NCBI GenBank assembly: GCA_949288175.1
Contig: CASEIV010000004.1
Coordinates: 32,023-96,022, forward strand
Reading direction: 5' to 3'
Source: an uncultured Eubacteriales bacterium
GTDB taxonomy: Bacteria; Bacillota; Clostridia; TANB77; CAG-508
Length of the DNA stretch: 64,000 nt
Made by a program: the position numbers and the translations under genes. Shown here piece by piece: positions 54,564 to 64,000 of the stretch. Positions within the stretch are counted from its first letter, which is position 1, and the number at the start of each line of letters is the position of its first letter. A model generated the notes under the pieces. That model was not told the origin of the DNA and searched no databases. It worked only from the letters and a program-made list of their open reading frames with translations.

Positions 54564-56273
54564 TTATACATTTAATCTTTCGTATATGGTAAAATAATCA
54601 TCTTCATATAGTTCTTTATAATTTGGGTCATTTGTTTCTTTTATAATCATATTCATTTTTGAATTTTTATAGGTAATGACATGTGTGATATCATATTTTT
54701 CGAATGTATCTCCATAAAATTCTCCTATACTAGATGTATCAATGAAATCCATAAAAATGTCATCTTCTTTTCCGCTAAATTCTGGTGCATATAAATCTGC
54801 TCTAGAATCAATAAATACTGGTATTCCTCTATAAATCATATAACTTCCATAATTATATTCATTATAAAATCTCGCTTTTCCCAAGTCTATGTTTTGTATG
54901 ATATAATCACATGCTTGAACAGGATAATCAGATTCGTCTATATATTCATCATCTTGTTTTGGCTCATAAAAATGATAACTTAAAGCTAGCATAACAACAA
55001 TCATAATAATATATCCTACTTTACCTGTCATTATTCTTGTTAGTTTTTCCAATCCATTTTTCGTATATAATTCGAAAAGTCCGCATATCATTTTATTGAC
55101 AATAAATACACCAATTAAACAAAACATAGTAATTTGTCTCCTTGATGCTAACATTAACCAACATAAACCACCTATCATGAATAAATCACTTAATTTAATT
55201 TTAGTTTTGGTAAATGTTAAAATTGCTAAGATGACTACAATGGCTGATAAAGCCTCTGTTTCATCAATAATGGTCATTGGTAAATGTTCATTAATATTTT
55301 GTGTTGTATTTCCTTGCATAGTTTTATATAAATACGTATATGGTGTATCTCCTAATGGGGTTAATAAACCTGTAAAAGCACATATAATCATAACCAATAT
55401 TAACCATTTTACGTTTGAATTTTTGTTGAATTTAATTTTATATGGATTTTTTAGGTCTTCTTCTCTTTTTACTTTTATTCTTTCATTTTTTGCAATGATA
55501 TCTTTTAATTTTTCTTCTAATTCTAATTTTTTATCAACATTTTTTTCTGATTTTGTTAATAACTTAATTCTAAAATTTAAGATTTTTATGCTAATCTTTC
55601 TATATATTGCAATATCTGCTATCAATGCAAGTATATATTCTGCTATATATGGTAAGAACAAAACAAATATAAATGGCCAAACGGCTACATGTAAATTTGC
55701 AATCAATGTTGAAATGAGAACTAGTCCAACTGCATATCGAATTTTTCTATTTTCCAGAAACATTTCAATACAATAGATAATCCATACAAATAAAATAAAG
55801 GTTAGCAATTGTGCTCTTGCTGCAATATATCCTCTTATAATATAAATAACAATTACTGTTAATATAAAAGAAACTAACTGATTTTTGGCAATTTTTGTAT
55901 TAACTATATATAGAGAAATACCTAATATAACGGTTAATATACAAGTTGTTACATAGATGCCTGTCATACCAAATCCTGCATATATATAATATGTTATTAA
56001 ATCATATAACCAATGTGGATAGGTATAAGCTAAACCTTCATGCCAAGAAAAATGATCTTGCATATCAATTCCTGTTTTAGTTATCTGTTCACCTATTTTT
56101 ATCGTATAGAATGTATCATTTTGTAATGTCACTGGTGTCATAGCAATACAAAATATCGCAATTAATATAACTGCTATAATTGCAAAAAACCATTTAGAAT
56201 GAAGAATCCCTTTTATCTTCTCATTTTTCTCATTGTTTTCTTTTTTCTCTTTTTCTTCTTTGTGTTTAAACAT
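54564..56273 (-). CDS. Polytopic membrane protein, GT-C glycosyltransferase-like
   Basis: DTFYTIKIGE...YTYPHWLYDL first loop, about 11 TMs, FYNEYNYGSY...VFIDSRADLY C-terminal domain; GGAGG RBS before MFKHK. Confidence 0.55.
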   Translation of the reverse strand: MFKHKEEKEKKENNEKNEKIKGILHSKWFFAIIAVILIAIFCIAMTPVTLQNDTFYTIKIGEQITKTGIDMQDHFSWHEGLAYTYPHWLYDLITYYIYAGFGMTGIYVTTCILTVILGISLYIVNTKIAKNQLVSFILTVIVIYIIRGYIAARAQLLTFILFVWIIYCIEMFLENRKIRYAVGLVLISTLIANLHVAVWPFIFVLFLPYIAEYILALIADIAIYRKISIKILNFRIKLLTKSEKNVDKKLELEEKLKDIIAKNERIKVKREEDLKNPYKIKFNKNSNVKWLILVMIICAFTGLLTPLGDTPYTYLYKTMQGNTTQNINEHLPMTIIDETEALSAIVVILAILTFTKTKIKLSDLFMIGGLCWLMLASRRQITMFCLIGVFIVNKMICGLFELYTKNGLEKLTRIMTGKVGYIIMIVVMLALSYHFYEPKQDDEYIDESDYPVQACDYIIQNIDLGKARFYNEYNYGSYMIYRGIPVFIDSRADLYAPEFSGKEDDIFMDFIDTSSIGEFYGDTFEKYDITHVITYKNSKMNMIIKETNDPNYKELYEDDYFTIYERLNV

Positions 56274-56319
56274 GTTTCTCCTCCACAATTTTTTATTTTT
56301 TATACTAAAAATTTCTATT

Positions 56320-56531
56320 TTCAAAATGTATTATCTATATAGTATTTTTGCAATATCGCGTAAGCGAGCAAACGAACAAAGTGAGTGCGATTGGAGCAAC
56401 CTTCACACGTTGAAAAGTAAATTTTTAGATAGGATTAAATTTATTTAAGACTAGATAAAAATTTATCTTTCAACATTAGTGGTTGCGACACACAAGATAT
56501 TGCAAAAAAATAATATACAATACATTTTGAA
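56320..56531. repeat. Structured repeat, second full copy with different closing arms and a larger internal hairpin
   Basis: Core GCGTAAGCGAGCAAACGAAC...GCGATTGGAGCAACC [insert] TAGTGGTTGCGACACACAA. Confidence 0.88.
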
Positions 56532-56626
56532 TTTTACTTCAAATAAAATGATTTCTTTTGCATTATATCAAAAAAAGTTTGAAAAGACTAGACCTTCCAA
56601 ACTTTTATTTCAATTCTATTTATATC

Positions 56627-57331
56627 TTATACAGCCTCTTGATTTTCTATATCAACAGTACTTTCATTATCATTTTCTTCAATTACTTCTAGACTTCCTA
56701 CTGAAACTTCATAAGCAACTCTTGTTTCAACACTTCCATCCTCATGTTTCTTTTCATAAGTTCTTGATTGAACTCTACCAACTAATTTTATTTGAGAACC
56801 AACTTCAAGATTTTGACAGAATCTTGCATTTCTTCCCCATGCAATACAAGGAATATAGTCTGATTTGTTATAAGCTCTATTAACTGCAAGTAATATATCT
56901 GCAATTTCTCTACCAAATGGTGTTTGTCTATAAATTGGTTTTTTGCAAATATAACCAATTAAAACAACTTCATTGGTAATTACATCTTTTTTAGTCATTT
57001 CATTTTCTTCTTCACTTTGTTCTTCCTCAGATATAACTTTCACATCTTTAGCAAATACAGTTAAAATTAATCTGTTCTTTTCACTTTCATAACTATTATA
57101 TGATCTAAATTGTCCTTTTACTAACAATTTTTGTCCTTCTGTTAATGTCTCTTCACTAATTAGTCTTTCTGAAATTGTAATTGGTATAATGTCTGCTACA
57201 CCACTTAAACGAGGTATTTCTAAATTAAAAATATAAAATCTTTCTCCATAAATTTCATGACTAAATTTCTTTTCTCCTGTAACTTTTCCAACTAATGTTA
57301 AATAGTTGTTTTCTAAATAATTTGTATCCAA
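56627..57331 (-). CDS. ssb: Single-stranded DNA-binding protein with tandem OB folds
   Basis: RLSGVADIIP and TPFGREIADILLAVNR...PCIAWGRNA...GRVQSRTY. Confidence 0.85.
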   Translation of the reverse strand: MDTNYLENNYLTLVGKVTGEKKFSHEIYGERFYIFNLEIPRLSGVADIIPITISERLISEETLTEGQKLLVKGQFRSYNSYESEKNRLILTVFAKDVKVISEEEQSEEENEMTKKDVITNEVVLIGYICKKPIYRQTPFGREIADILLAVNRAYNKSDYIPCIAWGRNARFCQNLEVGSQIKLVGRVQSRTYEKKHEDGSVETRVAYEVSVGSLEVIEENDNESTVDIENQEAV

Positions 57332-57473
57332 TTTATTTTCCTCCTTAAAATTAATTTTATCAATTGTATTTTTTTACCTCTTTTAGTCTACATTACCTAT
57401 TATACAACATTTTGCTGGTTTTGTCTACATAAAAAGTTAAATTTGTATTTTTTTTGTAAAAATTCCTTGTATT

Positions 57474-57980
57474 TCAAGTATTTTCTTTACTATATATAAG
57501 ATAAATTGCAAAAATTGCTAATAGATTTTCTATCTGATTTGATTTATATTTCTTTAAATCTACTCCTATTTCTCCCATTTCAATTGTCTTTTGCTCTAAA
57601 TTATTTATATTTCTTTGTATAGATAAAATTGCTTTATCTTCTTGAATACTAGATATCGTTATCGTCGATTTTTGATTTAATCCATAACTAATACAATTTG
57701 TTTTTTTATTGCATATCATCTTTATTTTGCAAAATACATCTGCATTTACAACAATAAACATACAATTGCTACAAAGCTTATTTAGTATACTTTTTTGTTC
57801 GTCATTTATATTTTCTTGATGACACAATACAATTGTTTCAAATACGATGTTTTTCATATTTTGGATATTTTTAGAACTTATATGAATCAATTCTAAATCT
57901 TTTCTATTTACTATTTTTATTATATTTTGCTTTATAATTTCATATTCTGAATGATTTGAAAAAATACCAATAAAATGCAT
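57474..57980 (-). CDS. Hypothetical protein (weak Mur-ligase central domain resemblance)
   Basis: IVVNAD...ISYGLNQKSTITISSI. Confidence 0.5.
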   Translation of the reverse strand: MHFIGIFSNHSEYEIIKQNIIKIVNRKDLELIHISSKNIQNMKNIVFETIVLCHQENINDEQKSILNKLCSNCMFIVVNADVFCKIKMICNKKTNCISYGLNQKSTITISSIQEDKAILSIQRNINNLEQKTIEMGEIGVDLKKYKSNQIENLLAIFAIYLIYSKENT

Positions 57981-58042
57981 TTTCTTTGTCTCCTAAAAAA
58001 ACTATATTTATTTTTCCCTTCATTTCCAAATTTATACATACC

Positions 58043-58813
58043 TTAATTTCTTTTTTGTGTTCCATTAACATCAATTGTATAATTTTCTTTGTATATCAAT
58101 TCTGAAATTTTTACTACCTCTAAATTTTTTTCTTTTATCTTTTTTATGATGGCATCTAAACTATCTGCTGTATGTTCTGTTCCATTATGCATTAATATGA
58201 TATCTCCTGAGCCAATTTTATCTTTAATTCGATTCCACATTTCTTCTCCTGTTAATCCTGTATAGTCTAATGTATCTAAACTCCATTGTATTGTATGATA
58301 TCCCTTATCTTGTGCTGCTTTTATGACTGTTTGATTATATTCCCCATATGGTGTTCGATATAAATTTGTTCTATTTCCTGTAATCTTCTCAATTTTGTCA
58401 TTACTATTTTCTAATTGTTTTATATTTTCTTCATAACTTAGATTGTTAACATGTGGATGTGTATCACTATGTGTTCCAATTTCATGACCAGCATCATATA
58501 TTTTTTTAACTGCCTCTGAATATTTTTCTATCCAATCTCCTACCATGAAAAATGTTATTTTTACATTGTTTTTTTCTAATATTTCTAATATTTTATCAAT
58601 ATCATCTGCATTCCATGCACAATTCATAGTTAGTGCTATTTTATTTTCTTCTGTTTCTACCTTATAGATAGGTAAAAATTTTTCATTTGTGGAGGCAGTT
58701 GCAATGGCCTCTTTTTTATTCACGAATGTTCCAGATATACAAAATAATAGCACAACCATGATAATAGATATAAAATATGTATATATTTTTTGCTTACTTA
58801 CTATAAAAAACAT
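58043..58813 (-). CDS. Polysaccharide deacetylase, PdaB-like
   Basis: ALTMNCAW, HEIGTHSDTHP, YRTPYGEY, IQWSLDTLD, ILMHN. Confidence 0.85.
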   Translation of the reverse strand: MFFIVSKQKIYTYFISIIMVVLLFCISGTFVNKKEAIATASTNEKFLPIYKVETEENKIALTMNCAWNADDIDKILEILEKNNVKITFFMVGDWIEKYSEAVKKIYDAGHEIGTHSDTHPHVNNLSYEENIKQLENSNDKIEKITGNRTNLYRTPYGEYNQTVIKAAQDKGYHTIQWSLDTLDYTGLTGEEMWNRIKDKIGSGDIILMHNGTEHTADSLDAIIKKIKEKNLEVVKISELIYKENYTIDVNGTQKRN

Positions 58814-58895
58814 TTTCTGTTCTCCTCTTTTTCTTTGATATTTTATATATATGTCAAAATATTAAATTTATTACTCAGACCAGTATCGAAAAAAT

Positions 58896-58935
58896 AAAAT
58901 GTCGCATAAGGATCTGATCCCTATGCGACATTTTT
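58896..58935 (-). terminator. Terminator after leuS
   Basis: AAAATGTCGCATA...TATGCGACATTTT. Confidence 0.8.
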
Positions 58936-58937
58936 GA

Positions 58938-61388
58938 TTAACTCTTTACGACAAGATTATATATTCTTCCTGGTACATATATTTCTTTTTTTACATCATA
59001 TTTATTAAATAATTCTTTCACTTTTGAATCTGATTTTATTGCAGTTAGAATTTCTTCTGGCGTTGCATCTGCATCCACTGAAACACACATCTTTAGTTTT
59101 CCATTAACCTGTACTGGAATTTCTTTGATTCCACCAGTTAATTGTGCTTCATTTACTTTTGGCCATTCTTCTTTATAAACAGATTGTGTTTTTCCTAATC
59201 CATTCCATAATTCTTCTGCAAAATGAGGAGCTAATGGAGATAAAAGTCTAACAAAGTCTTCTATTACTTCTATTAATAGTTTTTTATTAATCTTATCATT
59301 ATCTCTCATATATGAATTAATACTATTTAATAACTCCATATTTCTTGCAATAGCTGTATTAAATCGGAAATCTTCTATATCTTCTGTCATTGATTTTATG
59401 GTTTGATTTTTAATTCTTAATAATTCTTTTTCTTTCAAACCAATCGCATCAGTTGATTCCATATCTTTCAATTCATTTGTTATACTTTCTACTAATCTTT
59501 CGATTCTAGAAAAATATTTTGACATGGCATCTATGCCCTTATCATCCCATGGTCCACCTTTTCTGTAATCAAATCCAAACATAAGATACATTCTAAAAAC
59601 ATCTGCTCCATATTTGTCAATATATTCATCAGGAGATACGGTATTTCCTTTACTTTTACTCATTTTGTTTCCGTCTGGACCTAAAATCATTCCTTGATGA
59701 ATTAATTTCTTAAATGGTTCATCAAATCCTAAATATCCTAAATCACGTAATGCTTTTGTCATAAATCTTACATATATTAAATGCATTGCAGCATGTTCTT
59801 TTCCTCCAACATATACATCTACTGGAGCCATTTTGTCAATGGTTTGTTTATCAAATGCTTTTTCTGAATTTTTAGCATCAGGATATCTTAGTTCATACCA
59901 TGATGAACAAACAAAAGTATCTAATGTATCTGGTTCTCTTGTTGCCTTTCCTCCACAATGAGGACAAGTACATTCCATAAATTCTTTTGATTTTTTCAAT
60001 GGAGATTCTCCATCTGGAGTAAATTCAACATCATATGGCAATAATACTGGCAAATCTTTTTCTGGTACAGGAACTGCACCACATTTTTCACAGTTAATGA
60101 TTGGAATTGGGGCTCCCCAATATCTTTGTCTAGAAACTAACCAATCTTTTAATCTGTAATTGATTGTTTCTTGTCCTTCATTTTTTTCACTTAAATCTTT
60201 TGTAATCATCTTTTTCGCTTCTTCTGAAGCTAGTCCCGTATATTTGTCACTATTTTTCAAGATTCCATAATTGGTATATGGTAATTCATATTCTTCTTCG
60301 TCTTTTGGTACAACGACTTCTTTAATAGGCAAATTGTATTTTTTAGCAAATTCATAGTCTCTTGCATCATGAGCTGGAACGGCCATAACAGCACCAGTTC
60401 CATATTCCTCTAAAACATAATCTGCAATCCAAACAGGAACTTTTTCCCCATTTACTGGATTAATGACATATGCACCTGTGAAAACACCTGTCTTTTCTCT
60501 TTCTGTTGATAATCTATCTATTTCATTTAATTTTAGTGTATTTTCTATATATTTTTCAACTGCCTCTTTTTGATCTTCTGTGGTTATTTTTTGAACAATT
60601 GCACTTTCAGGTGCAAGAACAACATATGTTACACCAAATACAGTGTCTGGTCTAGTTGTAAATACCTTAAACTGATATGCATTATTTTCGCTTTTAAATA
60701 TAATTTCTGTTCCTTTAGATTTTCCAATCCAATTCACTTGTACTTTTTTTGTTGATTCTGGCCAATCTAAATCTTTTAGTCCTTCTAACAATTCTTCAGC
60801 ATAATCTGTGATTTTGAAAAACCATTGGTCAAGTTTTTTTCTTTTTACAACTGTACCACATCTTTCACATTTACAATCAATAACTTGTTCATTTGCTAAC
60901 ACTGTTTTACAACTATCACACCAATTAACAGGTGCTTTTTTCTTATATGCTAGCCCTGCTTTATATAATTGTATGAATATCCATTGTGTCCATTTATAAT
61001 AATCAGGCATACAGGTTTCAACTGAATAATCCCAATCATATGATCCACCCATTTCTTCTAATTGTCTTTTCATTGTTTCAATATTTTTTCTTGTTGAATC
61101 TTCTGGATGTATTCCTGTTTTGATAGCATAATTTTCTGCTGGAAGCCCAAATGCATCAAATCCCATTGGATGAAATACATTGTAACCTTGCATTTTTTTG
61201 AATCTAGCAAAAGAATCAGCAGGACCGAAATTAAACCAATGCCCTAAATGCAATTTTGCTCCTGAAGGATATGAAAACATTTCCATTGTATAAAATTTTT
61301 CTTTTTTACTGTCTGGATGATATTTATACACGTCTTCTTTTTTCCACTTTTCTTGCCATTTTTTATCAATTTCTTTAGAATAATTCAT
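58938..61388 (-). CDS. leuS: Leucine-tRNA ligase
   Basis: [11 protein letters not shown] (HIGH-like), [15 protein letters not shown], editing domain FTTRPDT. Confidence 0.98.
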   Translation of the reverse strand: MNYSKEIDKKWQEKWKKEDVYKYHPDSKKEKFYTMEMFSYPSGAKLHLGHWFNFGPADSFARFKKMQGYNVFHPMGFDAFGLPAENYAIKTGIHPEDSTRKNIETMKRQLEEMGGSYDWDYSVETCMPDYYKWTQWIFIQLYKAGLAYKKKAPVNWCDSCKTVLANEQVIDCKCERCGTVVKRKKLDQWFFKITDYAEELLEGLKDLDWPESTKKVQVNWIGKSKGTEIIFKSENNAYQFKVFTTRPDTVFGVTYVVLAPESAIVQKITTEDQKEAVEKYIENTLKLNEIDRLSTEREKTGVFTGAYVINPVNGEKVPVWIADYVLEEYGTGAVMAVPAHDARDYEFAKKYNLPIKEVVVPKDEEEYELPYTNYGILKNSDKYTGLASEEAKKMITKDLSEKNEGQETINYRLKDWLVSRQRYWGAPIPIINCEKCGAVPVPEKDLPVLLPYDVEFTPDGESPLKKSKEFMECTCPHCGGKATREPDTLDTFVCSSWYELRYPDAKNSEKAFDKQTIDKMAPVDVYVGGKEHAAMHLIYVRFMTKALRDLGYLGFDEPFKKLIHQGMILGPDGNKMSKSKGNTVSPDEYIDKYGADVFRMYLMFGFDYRKGGPWDDKGIDAMSKYFSRIERLVESITNELKDMESTDAIGLKEKELLRIKNQTIKSMTEDIEDFRFNTAIARNMELLNSINSYMRDNDKINKKLLIEVIEDFVRLLSPLAPHFAEELWNGLGKTQSVYKEEWPKVNEAQLTGGIKEIPVQVNGKLKMCVSVDADATPEEILTAIKSDSKVKELFNKYDVKKEIYVPGRIYNLVVKS

Positions 61389-61543
61389 TTTGTATTTTTA
61401 CCTCCTCAAAATCCATATACATCATCATAACCATAATTCTCTATATGATACCGTATTTTCTATATAAATATTGTTCCTACTATATCACATTTGGCAGAAA
61501 AAGTAAATACCTTACGTCTTTTCAAAATCGGAATTGGTTACAA

Positions 61544-61760
61544 ATTTAGACATTCCACCAAAAAGGAACGATAGGTTATATTTTTAAGTGTTCGAATGCG
61601 ACCGGAATCGTATTAGAAATTCTTATATCTAAGTCGTAAAGGGTCCTGTTTCCAGGTATTGTTACGATTTAGATATTAGAATTTCTTAAACGAATATTGG
61701 AGGGTAGCCGAGAACCTTAAAAATATAACCTATCGTTCCTTTTTGGTGGAAGGTCTAAAT
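61544..61760. repeat. Nested long inverted repeat (45-bp outer arms, about 30-bp inner arms)
   Basis: 61553-61588 is the perfect reverse complement of 61716-61751, extending to 45 bp with one mismatch; inner AGAAATTCTTATATCTAAGTCGTAA / TTACGATTTAGATATTAGAATTTCT. Confidence 0.9.
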
Positions 61761-61796
61761 AGTAAGCAATTGATTTCAATACAAAGTACCATTATT

Positions 61797-62537
61797 TTAT
61801 GACAAAATTGAAAAATAACTGATGATTCCGTTGTAAATTCCCCAAGCCAATCGATTTTGATATTCCTCTTGCTGTAATTGTTGTTCTTCTTCTGGATTAG
61901 AAAGAAAACCACATTCTACAATGGATATAGGAATTTCTACATGTTTCATGATATACACTGTATTTAATTTCATTGCTATTCTATGATTTTCTTTTTGCAT
62001 GCTTTCATTTAAATTACTTTGTATTTGTTCTGCTAAATCTTTACTTCGTTCATTATTCGTATTATAAAAGGTTTGCCATCCATAATACTGTTGCTCATTT
62101 ATTTTGTTTAAATGAATAGATACAAATATATCTGCTGAAGATTCATTTCCGATTTTTACACGATTATGTATGTCTGAAATCTTTTTTTGTTTCAATGTTT
62201 TAGCATCTAAATCATAAATTGCATTTTCATCTGACCTGGTCAAAATTACCGTACAACCTGATTGCTCTAAAAGTTGTTGTATTTTTAGTACAATCGCTAA
62301 ATTGATTTGCGCTTCTGTTGTCCCATTTTTACTTTCTGCTCCTTCATCTGGTGTACCATGTCCGGCATCTAATATCACAACTTTTCCTGAGACAGGTAAT
62401 GAGGTTACTTGAACTGCATCTCCTATATTTCTATCTGTTCTTTCATTTAATTGCGTGTTTTGCCCAATATACACTGCGACACTCATAAAAATACAAAAAA
62501 ATATAATAAAAACTCTTTTTTTAGTAAATTTTTTCAT
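61797..62537 (-). CDS. cwlD: N-acetylmuramoyl-L-alanine amidase, CwlD type
   Basis: ILDAGHG..DEGA, EAQINL, FVSIHLN, IVECGFLSN; start uncertain (62537, 62549 or 62606). Confidence 0.85.
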   Translation of the reverse strand: MKKFTKKRVFIIFFCIFMSVAVYIGQNTQLNERTDRNIGDAVQVTSLPVSGKVVILDAGHGTPDEGAESKNGTTEAQINLAIVLKIQQLLEQSGCTVILTRSDENAIYDLDAKTLKQKKISDIHNRVKIGNESSADIFVSIHLNKINEQQYYGWQTFYNTNNERSKDLAEQIQSNLNESMQKENHRIAMKLNTVYIMKHVEIPISIVECGFLSNPEEEQQLQQEEYQNRLAWGIYNGIISYFSILS

Positions 62538-62547
62538 TTTTACTAAC

Positions 62548-62617
62548 ATTCCTTCCTTAAGGCACAAATGAAATTTGACAATGCCAAAATTGTAATTATT
62601 TTTCAACCTTTACTCCT
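62548..62617 (-). repeat. 5'-leader repeat family, copy C upstream of cwlD
   Basis: GGTTGAAAAATAATTACAATTTTGGC..GTCAAATTTC then GTGCCTTAAGGAAGG. Confidence 0.8.
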
Positions 62618-62696
62618 AAAGTTTTTATTATATATATATGATTTATTTATTTTTTTATGTTAGACATTTTGATAAAATATCCATATCTTTCCTGAT

Positions 62697-63629
62697 TCAT
62701 CTTCTTCTATCTACTGCATAGCTACTTCCCATCACAGATTTAGCCGCATGTTTTACTTGTGCACCAACTTCTCCTATTTCCAATATATTATGAAATCTTC
62801 CAGGGTCTGCAACTACGACACCTATTGAAAGAGATGTTAAAGGAAATTGTTCTATGATACCTTTTCTATTTTCCACCTCTATATATCCTTTTTCTATATC
62901 TTTTTCTGTAAAAAATTGCTTTACATGATTATCAAAAATAGCTAATATGTTTTGACATATTTTTTCACAATTCGTTGATGGCACGATGGCAACAAAATCA
63001 TCTCCTCCAATATGTCCCACAAACGCTTCTTCTGTAAGGTCATTATGAACACCTTTTATTATTGTTTCTGCTGTAAATTCAATAATTTGATCACCTTTTA
63101 CAAATCCATATACATCATTATATGCTTTAAAATTGTCTAAATCTAAATATAATACAGAAAATGGTTCATTATTAGATATTCTCTTTTTCAATTCAGCATG
63201 TATTTGAACATTTCCTGGTAATCCTGTTAATGGACTTACCCTTCTGTTATTGGCAAGTAATCTGTTTAAATTTTTTACTGTGAAATATAAATATTCTTCA
63301 TCAACAGGTTTCTTAATATAATATTCAATAGATTCCTTTAATATTTTCATTCTATGCTCTTTATCACTGTTAGACGATACAACGATAACTGGTGTGATTG
63401 TGTTATCCTCATCTCGTCTGATTTGCTTACAAAGTCCTACCACATCTCTATCAATTGCATCTTCATTAATGATAATTAATGATGGAATATTTTTTAATGC
63501 AATATCAATTTGTTCTGATTTTACACTAATAAATTTATACTCTGTATCTTCTTTGAATAATTCTCTAAAAATGACAATAGATGAATCATCATCATCTATG
63601 ATATAAATTTCTTGAATCATACTATTCAC
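62697..63629 (-). CDS. Receiver-GGDEF protein (diguanylate cyclase-like)
   Basis: IIDDDD receiver, LTGLPGN, YLDLDNFKAYNDVYG, GGDDF. Confidence 0.9.
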   Translation of the reverse strand: MNSMIQEIYIIDDDDSSIVIFRELFKEDTEYKFISVKSEQIDIALKNIPSLIIINEDAIDRDVVGLCKQIRRDEDNTITPVIVVSSNSDKEHRMKILKESIEYYIKKPVDEEYLYFTVKNLNRLLANNRRVSPLTGLPGNVQIHAELKKRISNNEPFSVLYLDLDNFKAYNDVYGFVKGDQIIEFTAETIIKGVHNDLTEEAFVGHIGGDDFVAIVPSTNCEKICQNILAIFDNHVKQFFTEKDIEKGYIEVENRKGIIEQFPLTSLSIGVVVADPGRFHNILEIGEVGAQVKHAAKSVMGSSYAVDRRR

Positions 63630-63676
63630 CCTTTTTTATTTTATTGTATAGGAAAAAATCTTCTTATACCTTGACC

Positions 63677-64000
63677 TTATTTAGATTTTTTCTTATGTTT
63701 AAATTCTATTTTTTTGTTCAATATTTCTGTAAATTCTTTTGTATCAATTGCTGGGAATGCTTTTTTCAATCTATATGCTCTTTTATATAGATGTTTCATT
63801 GTTCTATCTCTTCGTGTTTTTAAATTGTTTATTAGATTTTGTATATTATCACTGGCTGACATTTTTTCTTTACCTTTTAATTCTAGTAATTTTTGCTTAA
63901 TTTGTTCATTAATTTCTTCTATTTTATCTAATGTCGATTTTATATTTTTTACTTTAATAACACTAATAATCGCATCAATTAACAATATAATTGCTATGAT
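63677..64000 (-). CDS. C-terminal part of a membrane protein (CmpB/TMEM229-like permease suspected); starts beyond window
   Basis: Frame stays open to the edge (IIAIILLIDAIISV...), coiled coil, RLKKAFP motif. Confidence 0.55.
   Translation of the reverse strand: MIAIILLIDAIISVIKVKNIKSTLDKIEEINEQIKQKLLELKGKEKMSASDNIQNLINNLKTRRDRTMKHLYKRAYRLKKAFPAIDTKEFTEILNKKIEFKHKKKSK

Noticed and set aside
61389-61796. T-box riboswitch upstream of leuS
   Set aside because: Only a GGTGGAA fragment inside the IR arm; no GGTGGnACCGCG antiterminator, specifier stem or terminator pairing.
816-63606. Many short ORF-track entries antisense to or overlapping real genes (e.g. 816-1124, 8599-8922, 17476-17832, 29743-30102, 37974-38507, 53292-53729)
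   Set aside because: Shadow frames of long genes with recognisable motifs; low-complexity F/L/I/S composition and no RBS.
1-64000. CRISPR array, tRNA or rRNA genes
   Set aside because: No regularly spaced direct repeats, cas genes, cloverleaf structures or rRNA-like sequence seen.

Overview
A 64-kb stretch of low-GC (roughly 27-28%, estimated by eye) chromosome from a spore-forming Clostridia-class gut bacterium. The GITL-type pilin and overall gene style suggest the uncultured TANB77/CAG-508 lineage (inference). The backbone is housekeeping and sporulation genes, mostly on the minus strand: ybeY, yqfC/yqfD, pdaA, uvrC, hpt, glmS with its ribozyme, bofA, yaaL, truA, cdaA, pdp, rnhB, htrA, a clpE-like ATPase, pgsA, bofC, comEC, rluB/rluD, lspA, ssb, leuS, cwlD and a REC-GGDEF protein. 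Main points of interest: (1) a tightly coupled kinase / HipA-N-like / kinase cassette with two HipA-family kinases and its own operator-bearing promoter, wedged between the genes of an ABC transporter, plus a third CtkA-like kinase elsewhere; (2) a complete agrA-agrC / agrB-agrD quorum-sensing locus whose 39-aa AgrD is missing from the ORF track; (3) an IS110 element whose 5' non-coding region contains guide-like matches to its own donor and target junctions, a candidate bridge RNA; (4) several dispersed structured intergenic repeat families; (5) a hicAB pair whose toxin starts at ATA; (6) a comEC with a C-terminal frameshift; (7) an lspA with an altered catalytic residue; (8) an orphan VirD4-like ATPase. 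No tRNA, rRNA or CRISPR array was seen. All family assignments come from motif recognition by eye, not database searches.
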